A stretch of DNA of 64,000 nt from an uncultured bacterium (GTDB lineage: Bacteria > Chloroflexota > UBA5177 > JANWHV01), in NCBI GenBank assembly GCA_963729625.1, contig CAVSOU010000008.1, positions 96,001 through 160,000 of the forward strand. Direction: 5' to 3'. Position numbers and translations under genes: made by a program. This document shows, one piece after another, positions 39,042 to 49,118 of the stretch (its first letter is position 1; each line of letters begins with the position of its first letter). The notes beneath the pieces are model-generated. The model saw nothing but the letters and a program-made list of their open reading frames with translations. It ran no database searches and had not been told where the DNA came from.

Positions 39042-39460
39042 TCCACGCCTCCAGACACTCTGACGGCTACCGGCCATGCGCCGGCACCATGCGACCACGG
39101 CACGACCAACCCACGTGCCCAGGGATTCACGCGGGTTCTGCGGTACTACGGCATCGGCCCGTGCCAGCCTCAGAATACTCTGAAGTGGGCGGGCTGTATA
39201 GCCTTCAATTGAGTGTAAAACTGCCCTTTATGGAACGCCCGTGCATATTAGCGGATCGATTGCTAGTGGGTAGGGCAACAAGAATCCGTCCGTCACATTT
39301 GGTACACCGTGCGCAGCCAGCATCGGCGCGTCCTACTGGACCGCGGCTTCATTGCCCACCAGCCAGACCTCGCCGGGGCACGTGCCGTGATTGTTCCCCG
39401 AGCCGCGGCGCCACGATGCCGAGGCACTTGGAACTCGGCATCGTGACGTCCGCACCCACG

Positions 39461-42400
39461 CTAACTCACCGCCGGCTCGGTGGGAATCCAGGGACGCACC
39501 TTGACCCAGGCGGCGGTCAGCACGTCGGGGATGGCCACCGTGCTCGTGCTATTGGACACCGTCAGCACCACGCTAAGCGCGTTGGTGTTGCGTTCGCTCG
39601 GGTCCGTGTTGGTGGTGGAGTAGGAGTCCAGCCAGTAGTAGGGCTGGCCCGTCGAGGACCGGGCGATCTGGAACGTGTGCCGGTTACTGTCGCCCGCTCC
39701 TTCCGTCGTTCCCTGGCAGCAGTTCGTGGTGGAGTCGGACATGAAGTTGCCGGCATTGTTGAACCAGTGGTCGATGTACTGGCCCCAACTGAAGCGGTCG
39801 TAGATGCCGTTCCAGTAGGCGGAGGTGCCCAGGGTGTCGGCGGCGTAGGCGGTGGTGAGGTAGCCGGCGCCGAACGTGGTCCTGGAGCTGATGCCGTAGT
39901 TCTGGTTGCTGTCTCCCGCTGCCTCGGTGATGGTCAGCCCGTTGGCGACGGTGACGGCGGCGCTGCCGTTGGTGTAGTTCCACTTGGAGGTGTCCAGACT
40001 GGAGCCGGCGAAGGTGTCCTGCAGGGGGTAGAGGTCGGCCAGGTTGCGCAGGATCCTAGGGTTGCTGTTGCCCCAGGCCAGGGTATAGGCGGCGTCCGTG
40101 GCGGGGGAGGCTGCCAGATTGCGCTGCAGCTTGAACCAGAGGGTGATGTTGTTGGTGGACCAGGCGCCGTAGGTGGTGGTGTCGTAGTCCAGGTCGATCT
40201 GGGCGCCGCCGTACCACAGGGTGACGTCGGCGAAGGCCACCCCGCCGTCGGTGTTCGTGGCGTTATAGGTGGCCCCGTTGTAGACGGCGGCGGCCTGCGA
40301 GCCCGTCAGATGCACCTGCACCACGTAGTCGGTGGAGTTGGTGGGGACGGGCGCCGTGGTGCTGCCGGATACGGCGCTGCCGCCTCCGGTGATGGTGAGG
40401 GCCATGGAACCGGAGTAGGCGGACAGCCCCGGCGGTGTCTGGGTCGCGGTCGGGCTGGCGGTGGCCGTGCTGGTCGGCGTGGGCGGCGGCGGCTGGATCA
40501 CGCCGCTGAGCGGCAGGGTGTGGTAGGCGCCGGCGGAGACCATCCGCGCGGTGACGCCGGAGGGCAGGCCTACGGCTTCCGGGGTCGCACGGGTCGTGGT
40601 GGTGCTATCGCCGAGCTGGCCGTAGCCGTTCCAGCCCCAGGCATACATCTGGCCGTTGTTGCCGATCGCCAGGCTGTGGGCCGCCCCGGTGGAGGCGGCG
40701 AGCACGGCCACGGTGACCCCGCCGGGCAGGCCGACGGCTTCGGGCGTGAGGCGAGTGGTGGTCGTGCCGTCGCCGAGCTGGCTGTAGGTGTTCCAGCCCC
40801 AGACATACACCTTGCCGTCGCCGCCCACCGCCAGGCTGTGGCAGTAGCCGGCCGCCACGGTGAGCGGGATGGCCCCACCGGGCAGGCCGACGGCTTCCGG
40901 GGTGAGATGAGTCGTGGTGGTGCCGTCACCCAGTTGGCCGTCGACATTGTAGCCCCAGGCGTAGAGACTGCCGTCGCTGCCCACGGCCAGGCTATGCGCG
41001 TAGCCGGCGGAGACGGACAGCGCGGCGATGCCGAGACTGAGGCGCACAGCCTCCGGTGTGAGATGATTCGTGGTGGTGCCATCACCAAGCTGGCCGTACG
41101 CGTTCCAGCCCCAGGCATAGACGTTGCCGTCGCTGCCCACGGCCAGGCTGTGGCCGTCCCCGGCGGAGACGGAGAGCGCGCTCACGCCGGCCGGCAGCGC
41201 GAGCACCTCCGGGGTCAGCCGCGTGGTCGTGGTGCCGTCGCCGAGCTGGCCGGAGGCGTTGCCGCCCCAGGCATAGACACGGCCGTCGTTGCCCACGGCC
41301 AGGCTGTGCTCGTAGCCGGCGGACACGGACACGGCCGTGACGCCGCCGGGCAGGCTGATCGCCTCGGCGCTGAGCCGATTGGTGGTCGTGCCATCGCCCA
41401 ACTGCCCGTACGCGTTCCAGCCCCAGGCGTAGATCTTGCCGTCGCTGCCCACGGCCAGGCTATGGTACCAGCCGGCCGAGACGGTGACGGCGGCGACGTT
41501 GCCGGGCAGCACGACGGAGAGAGGAGCGAGCTGCCCGTAGGTCGTGCCGTTGCCCAACTGGCCGTAGGCGTTGAGCCCCATGGCGAACACCGTGCCGGGG
41601 GCCGGCGGCAGCACGGTGATGGACACGGTGCTGCCGAAGCACTGGCCGCCGGCGGTGGGGCACTCCGAGAGGTTGATCCAGTTCGCGCCCGGCGTGGCGG
41701 CCAGCGGGACGGTGCAGGAGGCGTTCAGGGTGCCGGACAGGTTGGCCCACTCGCACTGATTGGCGCCGCCGCCGGCGGACAGGAACATGCCGGTGGCGCC
41801 CCAGATGGCGAGGTCGGTCTGAAGCTGCCCGTAGTAGGGCCAGCAGAGGGCAATGGTATCGCCGGGATAGTAGGCGCCTCCCAGGGGCGGGCACTGTCCG
41901 GGCACCGGCGTCGGCGGCGCGGGTGCGTTGACGACCACGGCCATGGTCTGGGACGCGAGCGGGGTCTGGGCCGGGTTGTATTCGCTGACGGTAATCGTGT
42001 GGGTGCCGGGGGTGGCGTAGGCGGCCGAGGGGATGGTGCAGGTGGTAGAGTACGCGCCGAGGGAGCTCCAGTCGCACTCGTTGTTCAGATAGGGATTGGA
42101 AGCGGGCAGCAGGTTGTTCGCGACCCCGTCGGGCCCGTCCCAGTGGGCCAGGTCGAGCTGGGCCGATCCTCCGCTTTCGTCCGGCCAGGTGATGCCCACG
42201 GGGTCGCCGGGACTATATGTTGCCGGCGGGTCCCAGACGCTGATCCCGTGCCCATCGCACGTGCCGTTGGCCGGATTGATGAGCAACGGGAAGTCCGCAT
42301 CGAGATGCTGACTTGGATTCGAGATGGCTAGAAGGTTGCTGTTCTGCGTAGTGCAAAACGTCATTCCTGCCACAACCGTCTTGTAACTTGCATTTGAATC

Positions 42401-45229
42401 GTAGAGACCCAACGCCTTGCCTGGAAAGTCTAGGCCGGTGAACCACATGACGCGTACAGGCGTCTGGCCAAGCGCATAGGCGTACCCGTTGCGGTCTCCA
42501 AGCCAGTCGGTAAGGTCCGTCAGGTAGGCAGCCTCGTACTCGGCGTAATCGTCCGGGGGGCTTGGCACCGCGCTGTAGTTGTCCTCGGTGAAGACGAGCG
42601 GGATGCCGGGATTCGTGGCCGTCCACTCGCTGATCATCCAGTCGAGCCTGCTCGTGGACGGGAGCGACGTATTGAAATCGTCAGTTGGGATCGTTGGGGG
42701 GTTGTACCAACGTGGTTGAAAGCCGTAGTTTGGCCAGTACGTAGGGTATTCAGGAGTCGCGTAGCCGTATGGATGAACTGCCACTGCCAGGTTGCTATAG
42801 GGCACGCCGCTGTTCGTGGCATCGGTGATCGCGGTCCATATCTGCCACTCATTACCGTTAACCGCGAAGGTAGCGTCGGGAGCGATCAGGCCAGCGGTCA
42901 TGATGTGCACGTTCGACCCGAGCCCCGGACCCCATTGGCGGGGTCGTAGGCGGTCTTGATCTTCTTCGCATTCGCAGTGGCGGCGAATTCCTGCTCATAC
43001 GAGTTCGCGCTGCCCCCGTAGTAGTTCCAGTTGGCATTCGGCTCGTTGCCGATCTCGTAGTAGATAGGCCTGCCGGTCGGGTACCAGCTATTTTTGATCA
43101 GCGCGCTCACGAAATTGGCCACACCCTGCTCGAATTGGCCCGTAGTGGGCGCGCATCCACCCGCGACGAAGTCGACGATCGGCACCGCCGTAGTAGACAT
43201 CTGCTGAAGGATGGAGGAGGCTGGGTAGTCGTTGAGGACGGTACCACTCGCGTCGACGCTTTCCGCGTTCGGAACGCCCATGTAGTTGGCGCACGTGATC
43301 TCGTCCTCAAAGCGCAGATACTGAGCATTCAGGGGGGACAGCGCGTTTCCGACCGCAAGAACCCGCACTGGGGGGGCCGTCGGGTTCGGGGTCGCCGTGC
43401 CCGGGCCGGGCGTGTAGAGGCATCCTACGCCGGCACACGGGCCGAACGCGCCCGAAACGCCGTAGATGCTGCTCGTGCAGTCGTTCAGCGTGGAGTAGAT
43501 GCAGCTCGCGGCGTCGCTCAGCCCGGATCCGGCGGTGCTCGCGGCGCCGTTCACCGACGGCGCGCTGGGAGCGAGCAACACGTCGAGGTAGGGAGCTTCC
43601 GTGAGCGCCGTCAGTCCCGTGTCGAGAGCGGCAGAGAATCGCGTCGCGGACTGCGCGCCGACCAGGCTCAGCCCCCCGTTGGTGCGGTGGTCGGCAAGCC
43701 ACTGCCTCGCGACCGCGCTCACATCCCATGCGTGCCAGCCGTCGCCGCTCGGTGCCGTCTCGGGCGCCGCCGCGGCCGCGGCCGCTTGTGATGAGCCCCG
43801 CCAGCTCGGCAGCTGGTACGCGTACGTCCCCAGGGCTGCCAGCCCTCCCGGCGACGCGTTGCTCATCACGGAAGCGCCAGTTGCCGTGGCCGTGCCGGCG
43901 GACCACAGGTGCAGTCCCGCGGAGACGACGGGCACCCCCGGCTCCAGGGCCGAGAGATCGAACTTCAGATAGCCGCGGCCGTTGCAGGTGCCGGACGGAC
44001 CGGCGGCGAGATCGCGCACGGGCATGGCGCCGTCCTGGTCGCAGTCCGCCACCGTGCCCGTGGTGGCGGCGTAGTGCGCGTCGAAGGCGGAGACGATGGG
44101 CACGTCCACGCGGATCGGAAAGGCGCGGCGCGCGTCTGTGAGCCAGGTCGGGTCGAGGTGCAGCGTGAGCCGTTGCGCGCTGCCGACCACGGCCAGGTCC
44201 GTGGTGAGGCTGCCACCCGTGACCGCACCCGTGGCACTGTCCGCGGCCGTGGCGCGCTCGAGGTAGTACTCGGGCGCCTGCTGGACGATGGGGCTGCCGT
44301 TGTCCGCATACTGCGTCACGGGTCTTGCGATCTGATAGCTGCTTGTCCCATTGGCGGTGACGCTGGACTGTGGGTCCAGCGCCAGGTTCACGGCAAGGTT
44401 GGAGAGAGAGCCGGGCCCCGTGAGCGTGAAGGATACGGCCAGGCCCTCCACCGTGGCCCGCAGCACTGCCGTCACGCCCGTGGTGCCGGCGGTCGGGACG
44501 AGGGTCAGGGCGTTGCCCTGCACACCCACGCCGGGGCCCGGCGAAACGAAGCCCGGAATGCTCAGGCCGAGCGTGCCGCCGTCCTCGTTGACCAGGGAGG
44601 CAACCTGTCCGGCGCCGGCCGGGCCGCCCAGGCGGGCGGTGAACGGCACGGAGGCCGGCGAGAGCGTGCCGTCGCCGTTCGGCACCAGGTCCACATTGCG
44701 GAGATGCCAGCCCGTGCTATCGAACTGCCCGACAGGCCCGGCGTACAGATAGAGATGCGTCTGACCGTTCCCGGCGGAGACGAAGCGACTGTTGGGGGTG
44801 TCGATCTGCCAGAGCTCGGTTCCCGCCGGTGGATACGTGGGATTCGGTAGCGACGGTGGTGGCCGTCGCGGGTCCCGGTGTGGTTGCCGTGGGCGTTGCC
44901 GTGACCGTGCCGGTTGCAGCCGTGGGGGTGAAGGTGTTGGCTGCAGGGGTTGGCGTGACCGTGTCGGTTGCGGCCGTGGGCGTGAAGGTGTTGGCTGCCG
45001 GAGTCGGCGTGAGCGTACCGCTTGCAGGCACTGCCGTGACCGTGCTGCTCGAAGGCGCCAAGGTGGCAGTCCCGGCCGCCAACCCCGCGGCCGCGGCAGT
45101 CGCGGAGTTAGCGGGGGATGGCGTCGCGGCGGGCGCCAGAATGCCGGAAAGGATGAGCGAGAAGGGCACCAGGCGGAGGCACGCTTGCCTCCACGGGCGA
45201 TTGGCAAGCAGGTTGACCATACGGCGCAC
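39461..45229 (-). CDS. Giant secreted mosaic protein (~1920 aa): signal, PT linker, WapA/Rhs-like N-module, DNRLRE, GH-A-like barrel, Ig-like repeats, RCC1 propeller, DUF2341-like tail; frameshifts near 44858 and 42935
   Basis: Three overlapping minus-strand ORFs (44717..45229, 42898..45297, 39461..42910) join into one coherent frame. Motifs: GYLKFDLS and WDVSAVARQW...NGGL (DNRLRE); YEIGNEPN, AVHPY and FTEDN (GH-A); WGWNAYGQLG/AG..HSLAV (RCC1). Confidence 0.78.
40505..41592 (-). repeat. Seven RCC1 repeats (~156 bp / 52 aa unit), coding
   Basis: Seven copies of VYAWGWNxYGQLGDGTTT...SAGxxHSLAVGxDG, consistent with one 7-blade propeller. Confidence 0.9.
44895..45020 (-). repeat. 54-bp tandem repeat encoding a Thr/Pro linker
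   Basis: TPTPAANTFTPTAAT(D/G)TV occurs twice in the linker after the signal peptide. Confidence 0.8.
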
Positions 45230-45758
45230 GCTCCAATTCCTTCACAGCACAGCGACATTGGCCGCCACGAGCGGTCGGGTAGTGGCGCGATAGGCACGGA
45301 ACCTGGATCGACCGGCGATCACGGATGGGTCCGCCAGGCAGCGCGGTAGTACGCCGGTGCCCGCCGTGGCTCTATCTCGCCAAGCCGGCGTCCGCTTGAG
45401 GCCAGTCTGCCTCACCGGCCGCGGCGGCAGTGTAGGTGTGGCCTGCCAGCGACGAGAGCACGGCAGGTTGGCCTCTCTCAAGTCACAGCCGGCCAGCCGG
45501 CATCCACGAAGGAGCCGGTATGCCCGCCATGCGGTGCTGGGCGCGGCGAGTTGCGTTGGGGGCACAGTGGTCATGGTGCGACGCGACATGATCGGTGTGG
45601 CAGACGACCAACGTGAGCGAGTGCGTACGGCGGCGGATACAGCCATTGCATCACGGCGCCCACTCGCCGGGAGACCTTCGGCGAGGCGAGGCTCGCGTGG
45701 CTCGTCCCATGCCGCTCCCATAGCGCCCCCTATTGCCTCCCTACGGTGGAACGTCAGG

Positions 45759-48632
45759 TCATCCGGTTATCCCGTCGGTGCTGGCCAGGATGGTGCCGTT
45801 CTGCCCCACCGCCAGACAGGCCGACGCACTCGGGCAGGTGACGGCATTCAGAAAGGCGGTGGTGCCCGAGGGTCGGGCAGTCCAGGTGACCCCGAACGGG
45901 TCGCCGGCAAGGATAGTCCCGTACTCGCCCACCGCCAGGCAGCCGGTCCCAGCCAGGCAGGTCACCGCTGCCAGGGCATCCGTCGTGCCGGAGGAGCGGG
46001 TGTACCAGGTGGCGCCGCCGTCGGCGGTGGTCAGGATGGTGCCGTGTGAGCCCACGGCCACGCAGGTGCTGGCACTCCAGCAGGCGAGGCCGAGCAGGAA
46101 GTTCGTGGTGCCGGAGGACCGGCTCGCCCAGCCGGTCCCCTCGGGTGCGCCACGCACGATAGTGCCGTCCTGGCCGACTGCAAGGCAGACGGCGCTGCTG
46201 GGACAGGCGATGGCAAACAGGTCGCTGCCGGTGCCGGAGGGATTGGCGGACCAGGTTGCCCCGCCATCCGCGCTGCGCAGCAATGTCCCGTTCTGACCCA
46301 CCGCCAGGCAGGTACTGCCGGTCGGGCAGACGATGCCGGAGAGGTCGGGTCCGACCTCGGCAGCGAGCTGGCTCCGCGAGGCGCCGACGTCCTGGAGCTT
46401 GAGAATCGTGCCTCCCTGGCCCGAGGCGAGGCAGGTATTGCGGGCGTGACAGGTGAGGCCGGTCACACTGGCGACAGACGTGCCAGCGTGCCAGTGTGCT
46501 CCAGCATCGGTGCTGACCAGGAAGGGACTGCCATCGCTGCCGCCTACCAGGCACACGACGCTGCTCGGGCAGGCAATGGCATCCAGGTCGGTGGCCAGGC
46601 CCGACGGGCGTGGGTGCCAGGCACTCGCGGTCGCCGGTGCAGGTGTGCTCCCTGGCGTTGGGCTTGGCGTTACTGCCGCCGCCGGCCCACTCGCCGCGCC
46701 GCGGGCCAGAATCGTCCCCCACTGGCCCACGGCGAGGCAGAGGGTGCTGCTCTGGCAGGTGGCGGCGTACAGGAAGTTGGCGGTGCCCGAGGGTTGGCTG
46801 GTCCAGGTGGCGCCGCCGTCCGCGCTGGCCAGAATCAGGCCAAGATCACCCACAGCCACGCAGGTGCCACCTGCGGAGCAGGCAAGGCCGCGAACAGTGA
46901 GGAGGGTGCCAGAGGGGCGGCTGCGCCAGGTGAACCCGCCGTCCGTGCTCGCCAGGATGATTCCCCGCTGCCCCACTGCCAGGCAGAGGGTGGTGCTCGG
47001 GCAGGTGAGGCCGCCCGCCCCGGCGCCGGGGCCGGCCGAGTGCCTGCGCCAGGTCACGCCGCCGTCGACGCTCAGCAGGACACTGTTGCCCGGGCCCGGG
47101 ACCAGACAGAAGCTAGTGCTTGGGCAGGTGAGGCCGAGCTGCGTCAGCCCGGCGGGCGTCGCGCGTCTCGTCCAGCTAGCGCCACCGTCCGTGCTGGCCA
47201 GGATGATGCCATGGCCCCCTTCAGCCAAGCAGAGGGTGCTGCTGGGGCAGGTCACCGCATAGAGTGAGTTGGTGGTGCCGGCAGCACGGCGTCGCCAGGT
47301 GAGGCCGCCGTCGGCACTGGTCAGAATGGTGGCGTGGTCCCCCACGGCCAGGCAGAGGGTGCTGCTCGGGCAGGCGACGCCCCAGAGCACATCGGCGGTG
47401 CCGCTGGAGCGAGCGGTCCAGGTAGCGCCGCCGTCCGCGCTGGCCAGGATGGCGCCGCCCTCGCCCACCGCCAGGCAGGGGCCGCCGGCGATACAGGCGA
47501 CGCCACGCAGAAGGCTGCTGGTACTCACGGTGCGGCTGGTCCAGGTGATCCCGCCGTCCGCGCTGGTCAGGATGGCGCCGCCGACGCCCACGGCTAAACA
47601 CAGGAGACCGGTTGAGCAGGTGACGCCGTACAGGTCGACAGTGGTGCCGGTGTGGCGGCTGACCCAGGTGATCCCGCCGTCCTGGCTGGTCTCGACGGCG
47701 CCCTTGCGACCCGCGACCAGGCAGACACCGTCCGCGGCGCACGTGAGGGCAAAGGCGTCCGGCAGGCTCACGGCTGGACGATAGCGCCAGCTACCACCAC
47801 CGCCCGTACTGGCCAACAGGCGCCCGTCTGGGGCGACCACGGCCAGACAGTCGCCGGCCGCATAACACACCACGGCCGACAGGCCGGAGATGCCGGAGTT
47901 GGCAGGCACGGGGTCAGGGCGCTGGATCCAGGTCGTACCGCCGTCCCCGCTGGTCAGGATTGTCGCGCCCACCGCCACGCAGGCGAGCGAGCGCGTGCAG
48001 CTCACGCTCTGCAGGAAGTCGAGATTATCGGCGATGTAGAAGGAGTGATCCTGCCACGTGGCGCCACCGTCCCTGCTCACCAGGATGGTGCCGCCGCTGC
48101 CCACGGCCAGGCACGTGCGGCTGGTCGGGCAGGTGATGTCAGTCAGGGTGCCAGTTGCGGAGGCTGGATTGCTCACGCTCTGCCAGGTGCTCCCGCCATC
48201 CTTGGTGGCGAGGATCGTGCCGTGGTCGCCCACGGCCATGCAGGTGCGGCTGGTCGGGCAGGCGATACTCGCCAGGCCCATGATCGTGCCGGAGGAGTGG
48301 CGCCACCAGGTCACGCCGCCGTCCACGCTGGCCAGGATGACACCTGCGCTGCCCACCGCCAGACAACTGCTGGGCGTCGGGCAGGCAACGCCGCCAAGGG
48401 AATTGCCTTGTGGCAGTGGATGGCGCCAGACCCACGTGTCGGTAGCGCCGCCCGCCCGCGGCGCGGCCATCCCGGTCGGCGTGGTCTCCATGTGTCCCAC
48501 CTGGGTGGCGGCAGTCGGCGCGATCGCGCGCACTGAACCAGTGGGCGGCGCCAGTACGGCCACCACCAGCACGAGGGCGTAGACCGCGGCACGAGCCTGC
48601 CGCGACGAGCGACGCCATGACCAGGCATTCAT
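45759..48632 (-). CDS. Secreted BNR/Asp-box (Ycf48-like) repeat protein with 21 Cys-paired blades
   Basis: Signal peptide; 21 repeats of LxxVxC-x5-CLAVGxxGxILxSxDGGxTW; Pro/Thr linker after repeat 14. The ORF-track start at 49187 looks over-extended. Confidence 0.88.
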   Translation of the reverse strand: MNAWSWRRSSRQARAAVYALVLVVAVLAPPTGSVRAIAPTAATQVGHMETTPTGMAAPRAGGATDTWVWRHPLPQGNSLGGVACPTPSSCLAVGSAGVILASVDGGVTWWRHSSGTIMGLASIACPTSRTCMAVGDHGTILATKDGGSTWQSVSNPASATGTLTDITCPTSRTCLAVGSGGTILVSRDGGATWQDHSFYIADNLDFLQSVSCTRSLACVAVGATILTSGDGGTTWIQRPDPVPANSGISGLSAVVCYAAGDCLAVVAPDGRLLASTGGGGSWRYRPAVSLPDAFALTCAADGVCLVAGRKGAVETSQDGGITWVSRHTGTTVDLYGVTCSTGLLCLAVGVGGAILTSADGGITWTSRTVSTSSLLRGVACIAGGPCLAVGEGGAILASADGGATWTARSSGTADVLWGVACPSSTLCLAVGDHATILTSADGGLTWRRRAAGTTNSLYAVTCPSSTLCLAEGGHGIILASTDGGASWTRRATPAGLTQLGLTCPSTSFCLVPGPGNSVLLSVDGGVTWRRHSAGPGAGAGGLTCPSTTLCLAVGQRGIILASTDGGFTWRSRPSGTLLTVRGLACSAGGTCVAVGDLGLILASADGGATWTSQPSGTANFLYAATCQSSTLCLAVGQWGTILARGAASGPAAAVTPSPTPGSTPAPATASAWHPRPSGLATDLDAIACPSSVVCLVGGSDGSPFLVSTDAGAHWHAGTSVASVTGLTCHARNTCLASGQGGTILKLQDVGASRSQLAAEVGPDLSGIVCPTGSTCLAVGQNGTLLRSADGGATWSANPSGTGSDLFAIACPSSAVCLAVGQDGTIVRGAPEGTGWASRSSGTTNFLLGLACWSASTCVAVGSHGTILTTADGGATWYTRSSGTTDALAAVTCLAGTGCLAVGEYGTILAGDPFGVTWTARPSGTTAFLNAVTCPSASACLAVGQNGTILASTDGITG

Positions 48633-49118
48633 GTCCCGGTCCCTCGGTTCTTTCCTCACGCATCGACACTGCAGGCACCACCGCCGCCAGGACCACACTC
48701 GCCTCGTCCGCGCGTGTGCGGCTGTTCGGCACGTCGTGCGCCATACAAGGACCACGTGACGCGCTCGCTCCGCCTGCTGCCCTTGTCCCGGTCCCGCACG
48801 TGCGCGACCGGTGCCCGCGATGCTCGGGCCGACCTGGAGGTTGTCACCACGGGACAGCCGGCTTGCACTCGTGCCCCGCGCGAGTGCTATCGTACCACGG
48901 CCGTAGCCATCTGTCGCCCTCAGCGTGCGGTGACGCGCATGGAGACTCATCCGTTCGCTACGCCTTTGGTCATCGGTCACATTCGTTACACTGGGGGCAG
49001 CCACCATCGGCGCGTCCTGGTGGACCGTGGCGCGTGATCCCGAGATGACGCGGGTCAAATTGCCGCCTGCGATCGCCGCCGGTTGTGCACTTGGGTTGAA
49101 ACTGAAGGATGTCGGAGC

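Noticed and set aside
38975-42331. 1118-aa plus-strand ORF
   Set aside because: Antisense shadow of the GC-rich RCC1/mosaic gene; its repeats mirror the minus-strand repeats and it has no independent motifs.
45242-45721. 159-aa ORF in the spacer between two giant genes
   Set aside because: Arg/Ala/Pro-rich with no motif; it looks like a chance ORF in GC-rich intergenic DNA.
40505-48400. Periodic DNA repeats that could be mistaken for a CRISPR array or non-coding repeat array
   Set aside because: Units are in-frame coding repeats (RCC1 about 156 bp, Asp-box about 123 bp) with wobble-position variation; there is no constant repeat/unique spacer structure and no cas gene.
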